64,000 bases of DNA from positions 512,001 through 576,000 of the forward strand of contig CAXXMV010000006.1 in assembly GCA_963662285.2 (NCBI GenBank), in the 5' to 3' direction. Of the stretch, positions 49,895 through 59,913 are shown piece by piece. The stretch is from a bacterium. GTDB taxonomy: Bacteria; Hinthialibacterota; Hinthialibacteria; Hinthialibacterales; Hinthialibacteraceae. The notes below the pieces were generated by a model that was not told the origin of the DNA, made no database searches, and saw only the letters and a list, made by a program, of their open reading frames with translations. The stretch's first letter is position 1; every line of letters starts with the position of its first letter. The translations under genes and the position numbers were made by a program.

Positions 49895-51667
49895 TCAGAC
49901 CTCCTGATCTGGTGGAATTTCATCCGATACCAGTTTGTAGATTAGTCGCAATTCCGTGCCGGGGTAGATGGTTTCTGTGGCGTTGAGATTCGCTGCTAAG
50001 TTGCGGGCGGCTTGATCCGATAGGTGGTTGGTCAAATGGTGCAACTGCACCGTTAAGGTTTTGTTTTCCTCATCCGGAATGAGATCCGCTTCCGTCGCAA
50101 ATATTTCCCGGATCAATGAGCGGGCATCGTCGCTTCGGGCCAATTTTGTTCGCACAATCATCGCCATGGCCGTCTCCGCCCGATAGGCGATCATTTTAAT
50201 CGCATCGAGAAATTGTTTGCGCGTCGGAGCGAGTTGCAAAAACCGTTCCGGCTCCGGCAGTTGATTAAGCGGCAAGTGCTTGTCAACCGTTTTACGTTCC
50301 TCCTTCATCCCGGCCAGTTCATGCTCCAACTGCTCGATATCTTCTTTGATTTCCCCCTTTTTTTGTTCAAAGGATAAGATATCTTTCTCCTCCACCTGGG
50401 ATTCCGTCAGCGCCAAAGTTCCAAACTCCGCCTTCTTTCTTCCCAATCGTCCCGCTTGTTTTTTTATCCGGCCTTCCAAAGAACGATAGGCGGGATTGAC
50501 CACTTTCACGGTATCATCCGGCTTGACGAGATCGTAGTCGATAAGCCGATCAATTCCATAGTGTTGCATCATATAACGGAAAAAGTTTTCCTGTGACCAT
50601 CGCGAGAACATATGCGCCGCAATACGGGTGAAATCAGAGGTGTAATCCGTACTGATCACCGAGGTTTGGTGACCGCTTTCTGTGAGTTTCCGGATTTCCC
50701 TCACCCACAAAACCCGGCCCAGGAACACCCCTCGTTCAGCCAATTTCATGCGTGATGAATGGCCGCCGGGCATCTCCACATTGACCTCGGTGAATTCCGC
50801 TTCCGGCCAATCTTCTTTGGGATACTTGTTGTAGGTTTGGCAGGCGATGCGGAGCGTCCGCATCTCCGCGAAGAAGGTTGGGCTGTATCCCTCACGGTCA
50901 AAGATCATGACAAACCGATGGCAATAAGGATTCGCTTCGAGTTGTTGCGGGCTGGGCTGGTTGGGAACATCCTGCAGCAGTTGCGGCGCGATCTCGCGTT
51001 TCAACATATCCAGCAATCCCGCGGTGAACGGCGTGCTCACCACGAAGAACGGATCGCCCTGCTGATCGTTTACCCAATAGTCGGTCGTGCCCCGCATGCA
51101 CAAGCGGTCGCGCGCCACGTACCGTTTGGGGAGCGGAGTTTGCGAGCCGTGATAGACGCGTACGTGTCCATCGATATACAGAACTCCCGCCGCCTCTGGA
51201 TTGTTATCCATCCAATGCCGTGACAAGATGCGGCTCCATTGCGCGACCGATTCGGGCGCCGCCAGGATTTTGATCTTTTCCCGCAAGGTCCGCACTTCGG
51301 GGATTCGATCCAATCCCAGCCATTTGCCCCCTTCTCCCGCCGGAAAATAGCGCAACTGTTCGTTGGTCTTGATCCGGATCAAGGCCATGAAAGCTAACAG
51401 CAGGAAAATATGAATGCAGGAATAATAACCTTTGGGCAGGGAGAACAAGGCTTCTGTTTTGGTCAACAATCCATTGGCCGATAACGCCGGCAGCGCCCAA
51501 AGCACGCCGCCATTGCAGACGTCCAGCGAGGTCTCGAAACGGGTGGGCGCTTCGCTGAGTTGCCCCGTCGCCGCGCAGACCCGCTCCACGACCCGCGTAC
51601 ATCCCATCCCCATGGGAGCGGCATGATCCGCCGCGCTGCGCTGGCTTTTGTTGCTGCCGTTCAGGTC
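49895..51667 (-). CDS. IS OrfB DDE transposase part (ORF track 49895..51886)
   Basis: Differs from copy 1 at only a few residues (DYTSD/DYASD, FGTL/FGNL). Confidence 0.9.
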   Translation of the reverse strand, partial: DLNGSNKSQRSAADHAAPMGMGCTRVVERVCAATGQLSEAPTRFETSLDVCNGGVLWALPALSANGLLTKTEALFSLPKGYYSCIHIFLLLAFMALIRIKTNEQLRYFPAGEGGKWLGLDRIPEVRTLREKIKILAAPESVAQWSRILSRHWMDNNPEAAGVLYIDGHVRVYHGSQTPLPKRYVARDRLCMRGTTDYWVNDQQGDPFFVVSTPFTAGLLDMLKREIAPQLLQDVPNQPSPQQLEANPYCHRFVMIFDREGYSPTFFAEMRTLRIACQTYNKYPKEDWPEAEFTEVNVEMPGGHSSRMKLAERGVFLGRVLWVREIRKLTESGHQTSVISTDYTSDFTRIAAHMFSRWSQENFFRYMMQHYGIDRLIDYDLVKPDDTVKVVNPAYRSLEGRIKKQAGRLGRKKAEFGTLALTESQVEEKDILSFEQKKGEIKEDIEQLEHELAGMKEERKTVDKHLPLNQLPEPERFLQLAPTRKQFLDAIKMIAYRAETAMAMIVRTKLARSDDARSLIREIFATEADLIPDEENKTLTVQLHHLTNHLSDQAARNLAANLNATETIYPGTELRLIYKLVSDEIPPDQEV

Positions 51668-52224
51668 TTTTTTTTTACCGGTTCGGTCAAGCGGCCTGCG
51701 CAGATCGCCTTCGACAAGGTATTCGATTTTAGATTCATTTGCTTCGCTGCTTCGGAACGGCTCACGCCCTGCGATAAGAGGTCTTGGGTTTTTTGCAACA
51801 CCTCCGGCGTCAGGACATGTTCGCTGCGTCGGCGCGGAGTTTTGAAGAATGCTTCCGGGCCTTCCTCGCGGTATTTCTTGACCCATCGCTTCATACTGAT
51901 GGCGCTGATGCCAAAGGCTCTAACGATGTCAACTTGGCGGCAGACTCCACTGACCGCCAACTGGCTGGTGAACATGCGAAAACTTTTAAGGTCGGTTTCC
52001 CCATGACTGAAAACCGGTAATCCGGCATGAAAGTAGTACACCGATCCATCTTTTTTTTGATAGGAAATCAACTCGGATATGAATCCTTCGCCTGATGCGA
52101 ATAGAGGTAATAAGGTCTGCGGCATTTTTTTAACTCCCTCATACTCTGCAGGATTGGCCTTCCCTCCAGTATCCTAACAAAATCCCGCGAGAACCGCAAA
52201 CCACGGGTGAGCTCAGGAGGTCTG
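49896..52224 (-). mobile_element. insertion sequence, copy 2 (2329 bp)
   Basis: Same TIRs; AATTT duplicated at 49891-49895 and 52225-52229. Confidence 0.95.
51661..52125 (-). CDS. IS OrfA HTH part
   Basis: Identical protein to 787..1251; A9G at 51667-51676. Confidence 0.9.
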   Translation of the reverse strand: MPQTLLPLFASGEGFISELISYQKKDGSVYYFHAGLPVFSHGETDLKSFRMFTSQLAVSGVCRQVDIVRAFGISAISMKRWVKKYREEGPEAFFKTPRRRSEHVLTPEVLQKTQDLLSQGVSRSEAAKQMNLKSNTLSKAICAGRLTEPVKKKT

Positions 52225-52353
52225 AATTTATGCATAACGATGAATTTTTGTTAATATGTAGAAATACGTTATTGCTTTGGTTCTCTGTCGGTAAGGACTT
52301 GTGTAGCATATATTGTATGTTAGTCGGATTACTGATCGGTTTTCTAAATCTGA

Positions 52354-52630
52354 ATCTTTGCGCTTCCGCTCAGATAGCGTAACATATTATCTATATGAAT
52401 TTATCACGCGTGAACACGGATTGGTTAAAGGCCAAGACATTTGGAGTTTAATAGTGACTGATATTGGTTTTCCTCAAGTATGGGCTAGTTTTATGGAGTT
52501 AATAGAATCTCATCAGCGTTTTCTGATCGCCAGTCATATTCGTCCTGATGGGGATGCCATTGGTTCGGCGCTAGCAATGAGACGTATTCTGACCAGGTTG
52601 GGCAAGGACGCCAAACTGGTTTTAGTTTAA
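52354..52630 (+). pseudogene. diverged upstream region + 5' 58 codons of the DHH/nrnA-like gene, truncated at a REP
   Basis: GTG 52454 TDIGFPQVWASFMELIESHQRFLIASHIRPDGDAIGS...; homologous to 58028-58300. Confidence 0.9.
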
Positions 52631-54587
52631 GTAGGGTGGGCTAAAAGCGACAGCGTAGCCCACCGTGATACGCAGGTGGCTTTGGTGGGCTACACCGCTT
52701 CGCGGCTTTTAGCCCACCCTACCGGCTACCGGCTTTTATCACATCCTACTTAACGCCATTTCACTTCTTTCACCCGCGCCCCGCGATACCAGATAGTGCT
52801 TCCCGGAGTGTGTTGTTGGAAACCCATACCGCCCTCGTAAGGCGGTTTGAGAGTATCAGTTTGACTTACAGGTTCTCCATTGACCATAACCATAGCGTTG
52901 GGGCCGTCGCCGAATACTTGCAGCAGGAACCACTGTTGATCATAACTCACGATCCTTTGGGCTGGAGCAATGCCGTACATGCTTCCAGTGGGATTGGTGC
53001 TGTCGGGTGAGTTAAAACACTGTACTTCTATGCCGTGGTTATTATCCTGGCGGTAAAAATGTACGCCGCCGTTACCGTTGACCATTGTTTTTACCCAAAC
53101 CTGAAATTCAAATGGTCCACTGAATTTACGCTTGGTGAAAATGAAGCCATTTTTTCCCTTACCTGTCAGTAAGTCGCCTTCTAAGCTCCAGTCGGTTTCT
53201 TCTAATCGTAGAAGACTATACAGACCAGGATCGAACAGGTTGATCCAGTCTTCTTTATCGGGCAACACGCAGATTTCTAATTTACGGAATGAAGCCTTGC
53301 AGCCGATGTTTTGGATGCCGATGAATCCCCGCCGTAATCTATGGCGTAGTTGATCATGGGTTTTCATATTAATGTCATGGATCAGTTTTCCGTTTAGGGT
53401 TACGCGTAGGGTTGGCCAATCGCAGACTATCTCGCATTGATTCCATTGGCCCGATGGTAGGTTTGCGATAGATAGCGGCGCCGCGGCGTCATAAATGGCG
53501 CCGGGAGAACGAACGCCATATTCATGCTGGTCGTGCCGCAGGTGAAGTTTCATACCCAGTTTTGAAGCAGGGCCGTCGGCTGGGGCATGGAGTAAGATTC
53601 CGCCTTCATACCAACCATCAGTTTTATATTCAAAACGTAATATGAAATTTTCATACTGTGCATCGCTACGCAGCCAGGATGGGTAAGGTCCGGCGCCGGT
53701 GGTATATATACAGTTCTGCTTAACCACAAAAGCATCGGGGGTTCCAACGGTTTGCCAGCCGGATAGATCTTCACCATTGAAAATGGGAGAAAAACCTTCT
53801 TCCGCTGAAGCTATCACGGGAAGGATTAATAAAAGACCAAAGAACATGATGAATAATGTTTTTTTGCGTTCCAATGTTTTTGCCCTCTTATTATTGTTGG
53901 AAATTACATTTTGATACAGGGTGGTTTTGGTGGGCTACGTCGCTTTGCGACTTTTAGCCCACCCTACCTGGTAATTATTGTCCACCCAGAATCTGGCTGT
54001 TAAGGACAAAGATATTTCCCGAGGAGATTAAGCCATTTGAGGGCATGTAAATAAAATCAGCATTTTTGTCATGTAATCCTTGAGCGCCAGCTGTGCCCCA
54101 GGGGTAATTCTGTTGACCATTGGGTCCGAGCGAAGTCATGATGTATGAAATGCTGTATTGATTGAGCATGTTGAAGGTTGCAGTGCTGTTTTTGCAACTG
54201 GGGGTTCCCTTGGGACCAAATGAAACGGCGGATGTGTATTCATAAACCGGTTTCATTCCGGTTTTGATGGATTGCCGGTTCTGGAATTCTGGATCAATGC
54301 CGGCGAAACCATCTTCAGGTATTGCGCTAATATAGGAAACAGGAGTAGTCAGCGGGATATACGAAAGATGCTCGGCCTGTCCGACGCCGCAATCTCCATC
54401 ATAAGTATATTGCCCACGATCCAGGTGATACTGTTCCTGCGCCATTGCTACAGCTTTCATATCCGAAACGACGCGCGCGACTTTAGCCCTTTGCTGTGCA
54501 TTCAAGAAATTCGGCACGGCGATGGCGGCCAGGATGCCAATGATGGCGACAACTATGAGCAACTCGATCAAGGTAAATCCATGTGTT
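52629..54587. repeat. about 1.96-kb direct duplication, copy 2 (includes REPIN 52631-52722 and REP 53929-53967)
   Basis: Matches 46192-48150. Confidence 0.95.
52750..53874 (-). CDS. DUF1080 two-domain protein; copy 2
   Basis: Nearly identical to 46313..47437 except a C-terminal patch. Confidence 0.88.
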   Translation of the reverse strand: MERKKTLFIMFFGLLLILPVIASAEEGFSPIFNGEDLSGWQTVGTPDAFVVKQNCIYTTGAGPYPSWLRSDAQYENFILRFEYKTDGWYEGGILLHAPADGPASKLGMKLHLRHDQHEYGVRSPGAIYDAAAPLSIANLPSGQWNQCEIVCDWPTLRVTLNGKLIHDINMKTHDQLRHRLRRGFIGIQNIGCKASFRKLEICVLPDKEDWINLFDPGLYSLLRLEETDWSLEGDLLTGKGKNGFIFTKRKFSGPFEFQVWVKTMVNGNGGVHFYRQDNNHGIEVQCFNSPDSTNPTGSMYGIAPAQRIVSYDQQWFLLQVFGDGPNAMVMVNGEPVSQTDTLKPPYEGGMGFQQHTPGSTIWYRGARVKEVKWR

Positions 54588-54598
54588 CTTTTAGACAT
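53975..54598 (-). CDS. type IV pilin/GspG-like prepilin; copy 2
   Basis: HG|FTLIELLIVVAIIGILAAIAVPNF. Confidence 0.92.
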   Translation of the reverse strand: MSKRTHGFTLIELLIVVAIIGILAAIAVPNFLNAQQRAKVARVVSDMKAVAMAQEQYHLDRGQYTYDGDCGVGQAEHLSYIPLTTPVSYISAIPEDGFAGIDPEFQNRQSIKTGMKPVYEYTSAVSFGPKGTPSCKNSTATFNMLNQYSISYIMTSLGPNGQQNYPWGTAGAQGLHDKNADFIYMPSNGLISSGNIFVLNSQILGGQ

Positions 54599-54859
54599 TA
54601 TTCAATCCTCATTATTCTATAAAATATAATCGAATTCATATAAATAGGCTTTAATAATAGTTGTCAGGCAACCGTAATTCAGCCCGAATTCTTCTGCTTC
54701 AGATCATAAAATACACAAAAATAATAAATAACTGTTATGTTAGACTGCTTAAAACCGCTATGGTTTTATAGACCTTAAATGCAATTTTAGCAGAAGATAA
54801 AGCATAATCACAGTTATGGTGCGCTTTTCCCATTTATCTATCTCTGCTTCCGATAGATA

Positions 54860-55807
54860 TTATGCATTTCTCCTGAAAATTGGAGTAGCGCCGGAGGCCA
54901 GCTGTTTTACTTTTTCCATCTCTCCTGATGTTAGAGGTTTATAATTTTCCGCTGCATCCAGCGCCATTAGGAACATGGCTTCTTCGCCCGGTGGAATCGC
55001 GGCGGTGACATCTAATGACAGGGTAAACCGCAATGCCAAACGCGCGAGTTCCGGATCGGTAGTAGGTTTATACCAACATTTCTGGAATCCGCTTCGATCC
55101 GCATCTTTGGGCCACGGAGTATGCGCCATGGCTTTTAACGCCAGACGGGCGACGTTTTTCTTTTTGGCTTTCTCCAATACGATTGGTCCAAAATTTCCTT
55201 CATGCCAACAAACATAATTAAAGGGAAATAGGATCGAATCAAAGTCGAACCGATCCATCGCCGCAAGCGCCACCTCAGCGGAATGCGCAGAAAATCCGAT
55301 ATAGCGGATTTTTCCTTGCTCGCGCGCTTTGGTGAATGTTTCCAAAGCGCCGCCCGGTCCGGAGGCTTTATCCAGGTCTTCCATTTTTGAAAGGGCGTGC
55401 AGTTGATAGAGATCGAAACGGTCGGTTTTTAGTTTCTTTAAGGATTCATGTAATTCTTTTTCGGCGCCCTGGCGATCCCGCATGGTTGTCTTGCAGGCTA
55501 GAAATACATCCTCTCGAAACGGTTCGAGCGCAGGCCCTAAACGTTCTTCCGCGTCGCCGTAACTCGGCGCCACATCGAAATAATTTACGCCCCGTTCAAC
55601 TGCTTGGGCGACTAGGGCATTAGCATGCGACTGTTCGGCGTCTTTCACAACGATACCGCCAAAGCCAATCATCGATAATCGATTGTCCCCTGAATTGTAT
55701 ATCCGCTTCGACAACATCTTTGGGGTCTCCGAAGCGTTGACTGATCCCGCGCAGGCCAACGCCATTCCGGCGAGAGCGCTTTTTTGAATAAAGTCGCGCC
55801 GTTCCAT
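54860..55807 (-). CDS. aldo/keto reductase with Tat signal
   Basis: ERRDFI leader; FDVAPSYG, LACKT, DLYQLH, IGFSAH. Confidence 0.92.
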   Translation of the reverse strand: MERRDFIQKSALAGMALACAGSVNASETPKMLSKRIYNSGDNRLSMIGFGGIVVKDAEQSHANALVAQAVERGVNYFDVAPSYGDAEERLGPALEPFREDVFLACKTTMRDRQGAEKELHESLKKLKTDRFDLYQLHALSKMEDLDKASGPGGALETFTKAREQGKIRYIGFSAHSAEVALAAMDRFDFDSILFPFNYVCWHEGNFGPIVLEKAKKKNVARLALKAMAHTPWPKDADRSGFQKCWYKPTTDPELARLALRFTLSLDVTAAIPPGEEAMFLMALDAAENYKPLTSGEMEKVKQLASGATPIFRRNA

Positions 55808-56073
55808 AATCGTACCTCAGTTTTTTTATTTTCACCCAAAGCTATACCTGCCAGCAGTTATCATGTCAAGCGATTTTGCTGAAAATACCCCGTTTTTCCG
55901 GATCATCATGCATGGGAGTTTGGCCGGGATGGTCACTTTTAGGCTTCCATGAAGGATTGTTCATACGGATTTAGAGAATTATTTGAATATTTGTTTGAAT
56001 CGTCTTACCATATCTTTATGGAATCCAGTATTGAGATTGTTAGCTAAATCACTGAAATCGAAACGGGGACGAT

Positions 56074-57006
56074 ATGAAAAACACCAACAGTTGGAATTTA
56101 CCTAAAGGCTTGATTTCAGTTGTGCAGACGCCCTTTTATTCTGATGACAAGATTGATGTTGCTTCTCTGGAGCGGTTGTTGGAAGATGCAATCAAAGGAG
56201 GCGTCAATGGATTTCTTGCTCCGGCGGTCGCCAGCGAGGTCGCCTTTCTAACCCAGGGAGAGCGTATCACTCTGGTTAAGCGAATTTCCGAAATAGTAAA
56301 TAAGCGGATTGCTCTGATTGTAGGCGCATCATCATCCAGCGAAAGTGAAGTTAAAACTCAAGCCCGGTTCGCAATGGAGATCAATGCGACTGCTTATTTA
56401 GTTGCAGTCCCCGATCATCTTTATGACGCGCCGCAAGCCATCGTTCCCTTTTTTCAGTCTATATCATCAGAATGCAGCCTTCCATTAATAATCCAGGATT
56501 TACAATGGAACAGCAATGGTCTTCCACTCTCTATTATGAGTGAACTATGGGAAGCTATCCCCACCCTGGCTGGCTTCAAGATCGAAACAGTTCCCGCAGG
56601 TCCGAAATATACCCGGGTAAGAGAGAAATTAGGCGGGCAGGTATTCTTGTGCGGCGGTTGGGCTATCCCTCAGATGATTGAATCATTTGACCGGGGAATT
56701 GACGCCATGATTCCGGAAAGTTCCATGATCCGGGTGTATCGGGCGATCATTGATCTCTATCAAAAGAATCAGCGGCGGGACGCTCTCGACTTATTCAACC
56801 GCCTGCTGCCCGTCCTTTCATATACCAATCAGGAACTAACCACATCCATCGCATTTTTCAAACGCCTCCTGGTTCGTAAAGCAATATTCAGCAGCGCCCG
56901 GCTTCGTATGCCAGACTTTGAGTGGGATCAATACAATATAAGAGTGGCCGATGACCTGATCGAGCTTTATTTAGAAATTGAAGAAGACATTCACCGATTC
57001 ACTTAA
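56074..57006 (+). CDS. DapA/NanA-family (DHDPS-like) lyase
   Basis: VQTPF...IDVASL, AVASE, IIQD, GFKIE. Confidence 0.85.
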   Translation: MKNTNSWNLPKGLISVVQTPFYSDDKIDVASLERLLEDAIKGGVNGFLAPAVASEVAFLTQGERITLVKRISEIVNKRIALIVGASSSSESEVKTQARFAMEINATAYLVAVPDHLYDAPQAIVPFFQSISSECSLPLIIQDLQWNSNGLPLSIMSELWEAIPTLAGFKIETVPAGPKYTRVREKLGGQVFLCGGWAIPQMIESFDRGIDAMIPESSMIRVYRAIIDLYQKNQRRDALDLFNRLLPVLSYTNQELTTSIAFFKRLLVRKAIFSSARLRMPDFEWDQYNIRVADDLIELYLEIEEDIHRFT

Positions 57007-57148
57007 TCAAGACCGGGCTTTGGGATAATCAACAAGGTTCTCGTGGTTAGGGCGGTTATCAAAATATGGTTCAAGACGGATTTGAGAATTTTTGGTTTTC
57101 TAATCTATATTTATATAATAACTATAGACGCTGTTTTGATGTGATGTG

Positions 57149-57727
57149 TTATGGACCCGGCCGATAAATGTCGCCATAACTACGAATACCATTACTGGAG
57201 TCGTATTCAAAGAAACCAGCAGCGCCGGGTTGCCCAATGGACCGGACGTAAGAGCCTTCGACGCCCTGAAGGTTATCGGGACCGATGGATACGAGTACAT
57301 ATTTAAACTGACCGGGCATAATTTGTCCTTGATAATTGGCAATTCCATCAAACATCCATTGCACTGCGTCCACATGCGGATCGAAATAACCATATCTCCG
57401 TTTCATAATGCCATCCGCATCGGATTGTCCACTAACACGGAAAGGATCCCATATACTATCGGCGGAAGAGATATAAGGCACGGGCGTTGATAGTGCGTTC
57501 AAGTATGCCAAATGTGTGTATCCCCCCCATAAGTTGTAGGGCATATAGGCATTGTTATCCATTTTATATTGTTCGATTGCGGTTGATATGTTACGGAATT
57601 CCGCTTGGACTTTGGCCACTTTTGCTCGAACTTGCGCATTTAAAAAATTAGGTACAGCAATCGCAGCTAGGATTCCGATAATCGCCACAACAATCAACAA
57701 TTCTATTAGTGTAAATCCTTTTTTCAT
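57149..57727 (-). CDS. type IV pilin/GspG-like prepilin (third paralog)
   Basis: KG|FTLIELLIVVAIIGILAAIAVPNF; LSTPVPYI; SIGPD; YDSSNG...GDI. Confidence 0.92.
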   Translation of the reverse strand: MKKGFTLIELLIVVAIIGILAAIAVPNFLNAQVRAKVAKVQAEFRNISTAIEQYKMDNNAYMPYNLWGGYTHLAYLNALSTPVPYISSADSIWDPFRVSGQSDADGIMKRRYGYFDPHVDAVQWMFDGIANYQGQIMPGQFKYVLVSIGPDNLQGVEGSYVRSIGQPGAAGFFEYDSSNGIRSYGDIYRPGP

Positions 57728-57812
57728 CGTTCTTTTTACTCCAGAGCAAACTATGTATCACGATTACACCGATGAAATTAAAATCTAAACTCATTTAAAT
57801 TGAATTGGTCTA

Positions 57813-57922
57813 GAGCGATTATCAAAATTATGTTCGTTTATTATCACCTTTGGTCATCGAAAAAGCCAATCTTTTCTGACTTTTTCGAATCGCCAATCAG
57901 AACATTATTATGAAAATTACTC
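57813..57922. mobile_element. 110-bp MITE, copy 1
   Basis: TA|GAGCGATTATCAAAAT...ATTATGAAAATTACTC|TA; second copy at 61738-61847. Confidence 0.8.
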
Positions 57923-58128
57923 TAATTTCCCATGAAGATGGTACTTTGTCAAGAAAATTCTGAACAAAATCATACTGCCGCAAAGGATTTTAATGACTCA
58001 TGAATTACAATACTGAGAAATCTATCTATCTTTGCGCTTTTGGTTGGATGGCGTAACATGTTATTTATATAGTTATCTTTCGCGTATGGAGCCGCTGTAG
58101 GCTAGTACAAAGACATTGGAGTTTAATA

Positions 58129-59136
58129 GTGACTGATATTGGTTTTCCTCTAGTATGGACCCGTTTCAAGGAGTTAATTGAATCTCACCAGCGTTTTCTG
58201 ATCGCCAGCCATATTCGACCTGATGGGGACGCCATCGGTTCAGCTTTAGCCATGAAACGCATTCTGACCAGGTTGGGTAAGGATGCCAAACTGGTTTTAG
58301 ATGAAGAGATTATCGGGACTTTTGATCGTTTTTACCATGAGGGAGAACTCGAAGTATATGATCCGGATACAAGCGATTATTCTGATAGAGAAGTATTGAT
58401 TATGCTCGATGCCGGAGAATGGTTCAGGTTGGGCCGCGTCGGCGAGATGATGAGCAAGCATAATGGCCTGAAAGTCTGCGTTGATCATCATATAGCTCAG
58501 GGTGATTTTGATGGTCTGATGATCCGGGATGTTAAATCTCCATCCACTACCGTGATTGTTCATAGATTCATTAAATTTCTGAAGATGGAATTTGATTTCG
58601 AACTGGCCGAACCGATTTACCTGGGCATCATCGTGGATACGCAGAATTTTCATCTACCCAATACCACCGAGGAGACTCACCATATTGCAGCTGATTGCCT
58701 GAAGGCCGGGGTTCAACCTCACAGGGTGCACGAACCGATTTATGGAACAACTCTTTTTTCACGTTTGCGCTTGATGTCCGCAGCTTTCCAGACGCTGGAA
58801 ATCCGCTGTAATGGAATTGTGGGCGTTATGCATACATCCCAGGCCATGTTCAAGGAGACTGAAGCGGAGGAGACCGATGATGATGGTTTCGTTGATTTCG
58901 TACGTACGGTGGAGGGCGTCCGCATCGGGGTTTATATCAGGGAAGAGAATAATGGTACTATAAAAGTCAGTTGGCGGGCTAAAGGCGATAATAATATTGT
59001 GCTATCAGCCCAGAAATTCGGCGGGGGCGGACATATAAGAGCCGCTGGAGCGACGATAACCGGAACATTGGAGGAAGTCAAGAAAATGGTTCTGGATGAT
59101 CTGCGGATACGGGCGCAGAATGGCGAATTTTCTTGA
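58129..59136 (+). CDS. nrnA: DHH-family bifunctional oligoribonuclease/PAP phosphatase
   Basis: HIRPDGDAIGS, MLD, VDHH, DT, GGGGHIRAAG. Confidence 0.92.
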   Translation: MTDIGFPLVWTRFKELIESHQRFLIASHIRPDGDAIGSALAMKRILTRLGKDAKLVLDEEIIGTFDRFYHEGELEVYDPDTSDYSDREVLIMLDAGEWFRLGRVGEMMSKHNGLKVCVDHHIAQGDFDGLMIRDVKSPSTTVIVHRFIKFLKMEFDFELAEPIYLGIIVDTQNFHLPNTTEETHHIAADCLKAGVQPHRVHEPIYGTTLFSRLRLMSAAFQTLEIRCNGIVGVMHTSQAMFKETEAEETDDDGFVDFVRTVEGVRIGVYIREENNGTIKVSWRAKGDNNIVLSAQKFGGGGHIRAAGATITGTLEEVKKMVLDDLRIRAQNGEFS

Positions 59137-59154
59137 TATTAAAATGTAATGTAA

Positions 59155-59913
59155 CTATGGTTGTTTCAAAGGTTTTCGTCCTATAACCTGAAAGCGGATT
59201 TGCTTGACCTTATCCCATTCAACGAACTGGGCGTCGACGATAAATGGCTTCATGGTCATGGGGTAAACTTTGAATATTTCAGTGGTTTGGTGAAAATTTC
59301 CATGATTCTCTAACTCTTCTGGAGTTGCAGGCGTCTTTGTGTAGTATATGATTTCAACCAATAGGCTCTGGTAACCTTTTTTCGTTAAATTGACCAAATA
59401 GCCCCGTAGATATCTTTGGTCGGGAACCCAGAAATGACTGCGTTTGGGATACATCTCTAAATGGCTTGGTTCAGCTGGAGCGAAGGATAAAACCGGAATT
59501 TTTTTTCCCATCAATTCAAATTCACGTATTTGTAAGGGATCTGGTCTCTTATCGAGTAGAGGATTTATGATCGGGGTTGGCGTTGGTGGTATTGTCTGCT
59601 GTGATCTGTTAAATAAGACCACTGAAGGAACCAACATGGTTTCTTTTTTGATATAAGGCGTAACCGAGACCGCTTCAGCGCTCATGGATAATTCGGTTTG
59701 TTCTTTTTCTATCTGTTTTACAAACCAATGGGGTATTATTGTATAATAGCCAAACCGGTCAATGTGATAGTGGGAATCGATATCCTCGACAATGGTTCCC
59801 AGGAAGATGTCGCCTTCTTTGAGAGTGATGCGGTCTAGAGCGTAGCTGGCTTGATATCCAAACCAGGAAATAATTAAACATAAGAACAAAAAGAAGAGGA
59901 TGATTTTTTTCAT
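59155..59913 (-). CDS. secreted hypothetical protein
   Basis: Signal peptide, DRITLKEGDIFLGTI, PT-rich linker. Confidence 0.7.
   Translation of the reverse strand: MKKIILFFLFLCLIISWFGYQASYALDRITLKEGDIFLGTIVEDIDSHYHIDRFGYYTIIPHWFVKQIEKEQTELSMSAEAVSVTPYIKKETMLVPSVVLFNRSQQTIPPTPTPIINPLLDKRPDPLQIREFELMGKKIPVLSFAPAEPSHLEMYPKRSHFWVPDQRYLRGYLVNLTKKGYQSLLVEIIYYTKTPATPEELENHGNFHQTTEIFKVYPMTMKPFIVDAQFVEWDKVKQIRFQVIGRKPLKQP

Noticed and set aside
688-52224. Inverted IS pair as a 51-kb composite transposon or an already inverted segment
   Set aside because: Each copy has its own matching target duplication (AAGTT; AATTT) and the interrupted gene halves flank copy 1 correctly, so these are independent insertions with no inversion
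52313-52630. 105-aa ORF as a novel gene
   Set aside because: It is the nrnA 5' stump with a fortuitous upstream extension
46313-54598. Diversity-generating retroelement (TR/VR pair) explaining the duplicated genes
   Set aside because: Differences are mostly synonymous and not adenine-specific; no reverse transcriptase in the window
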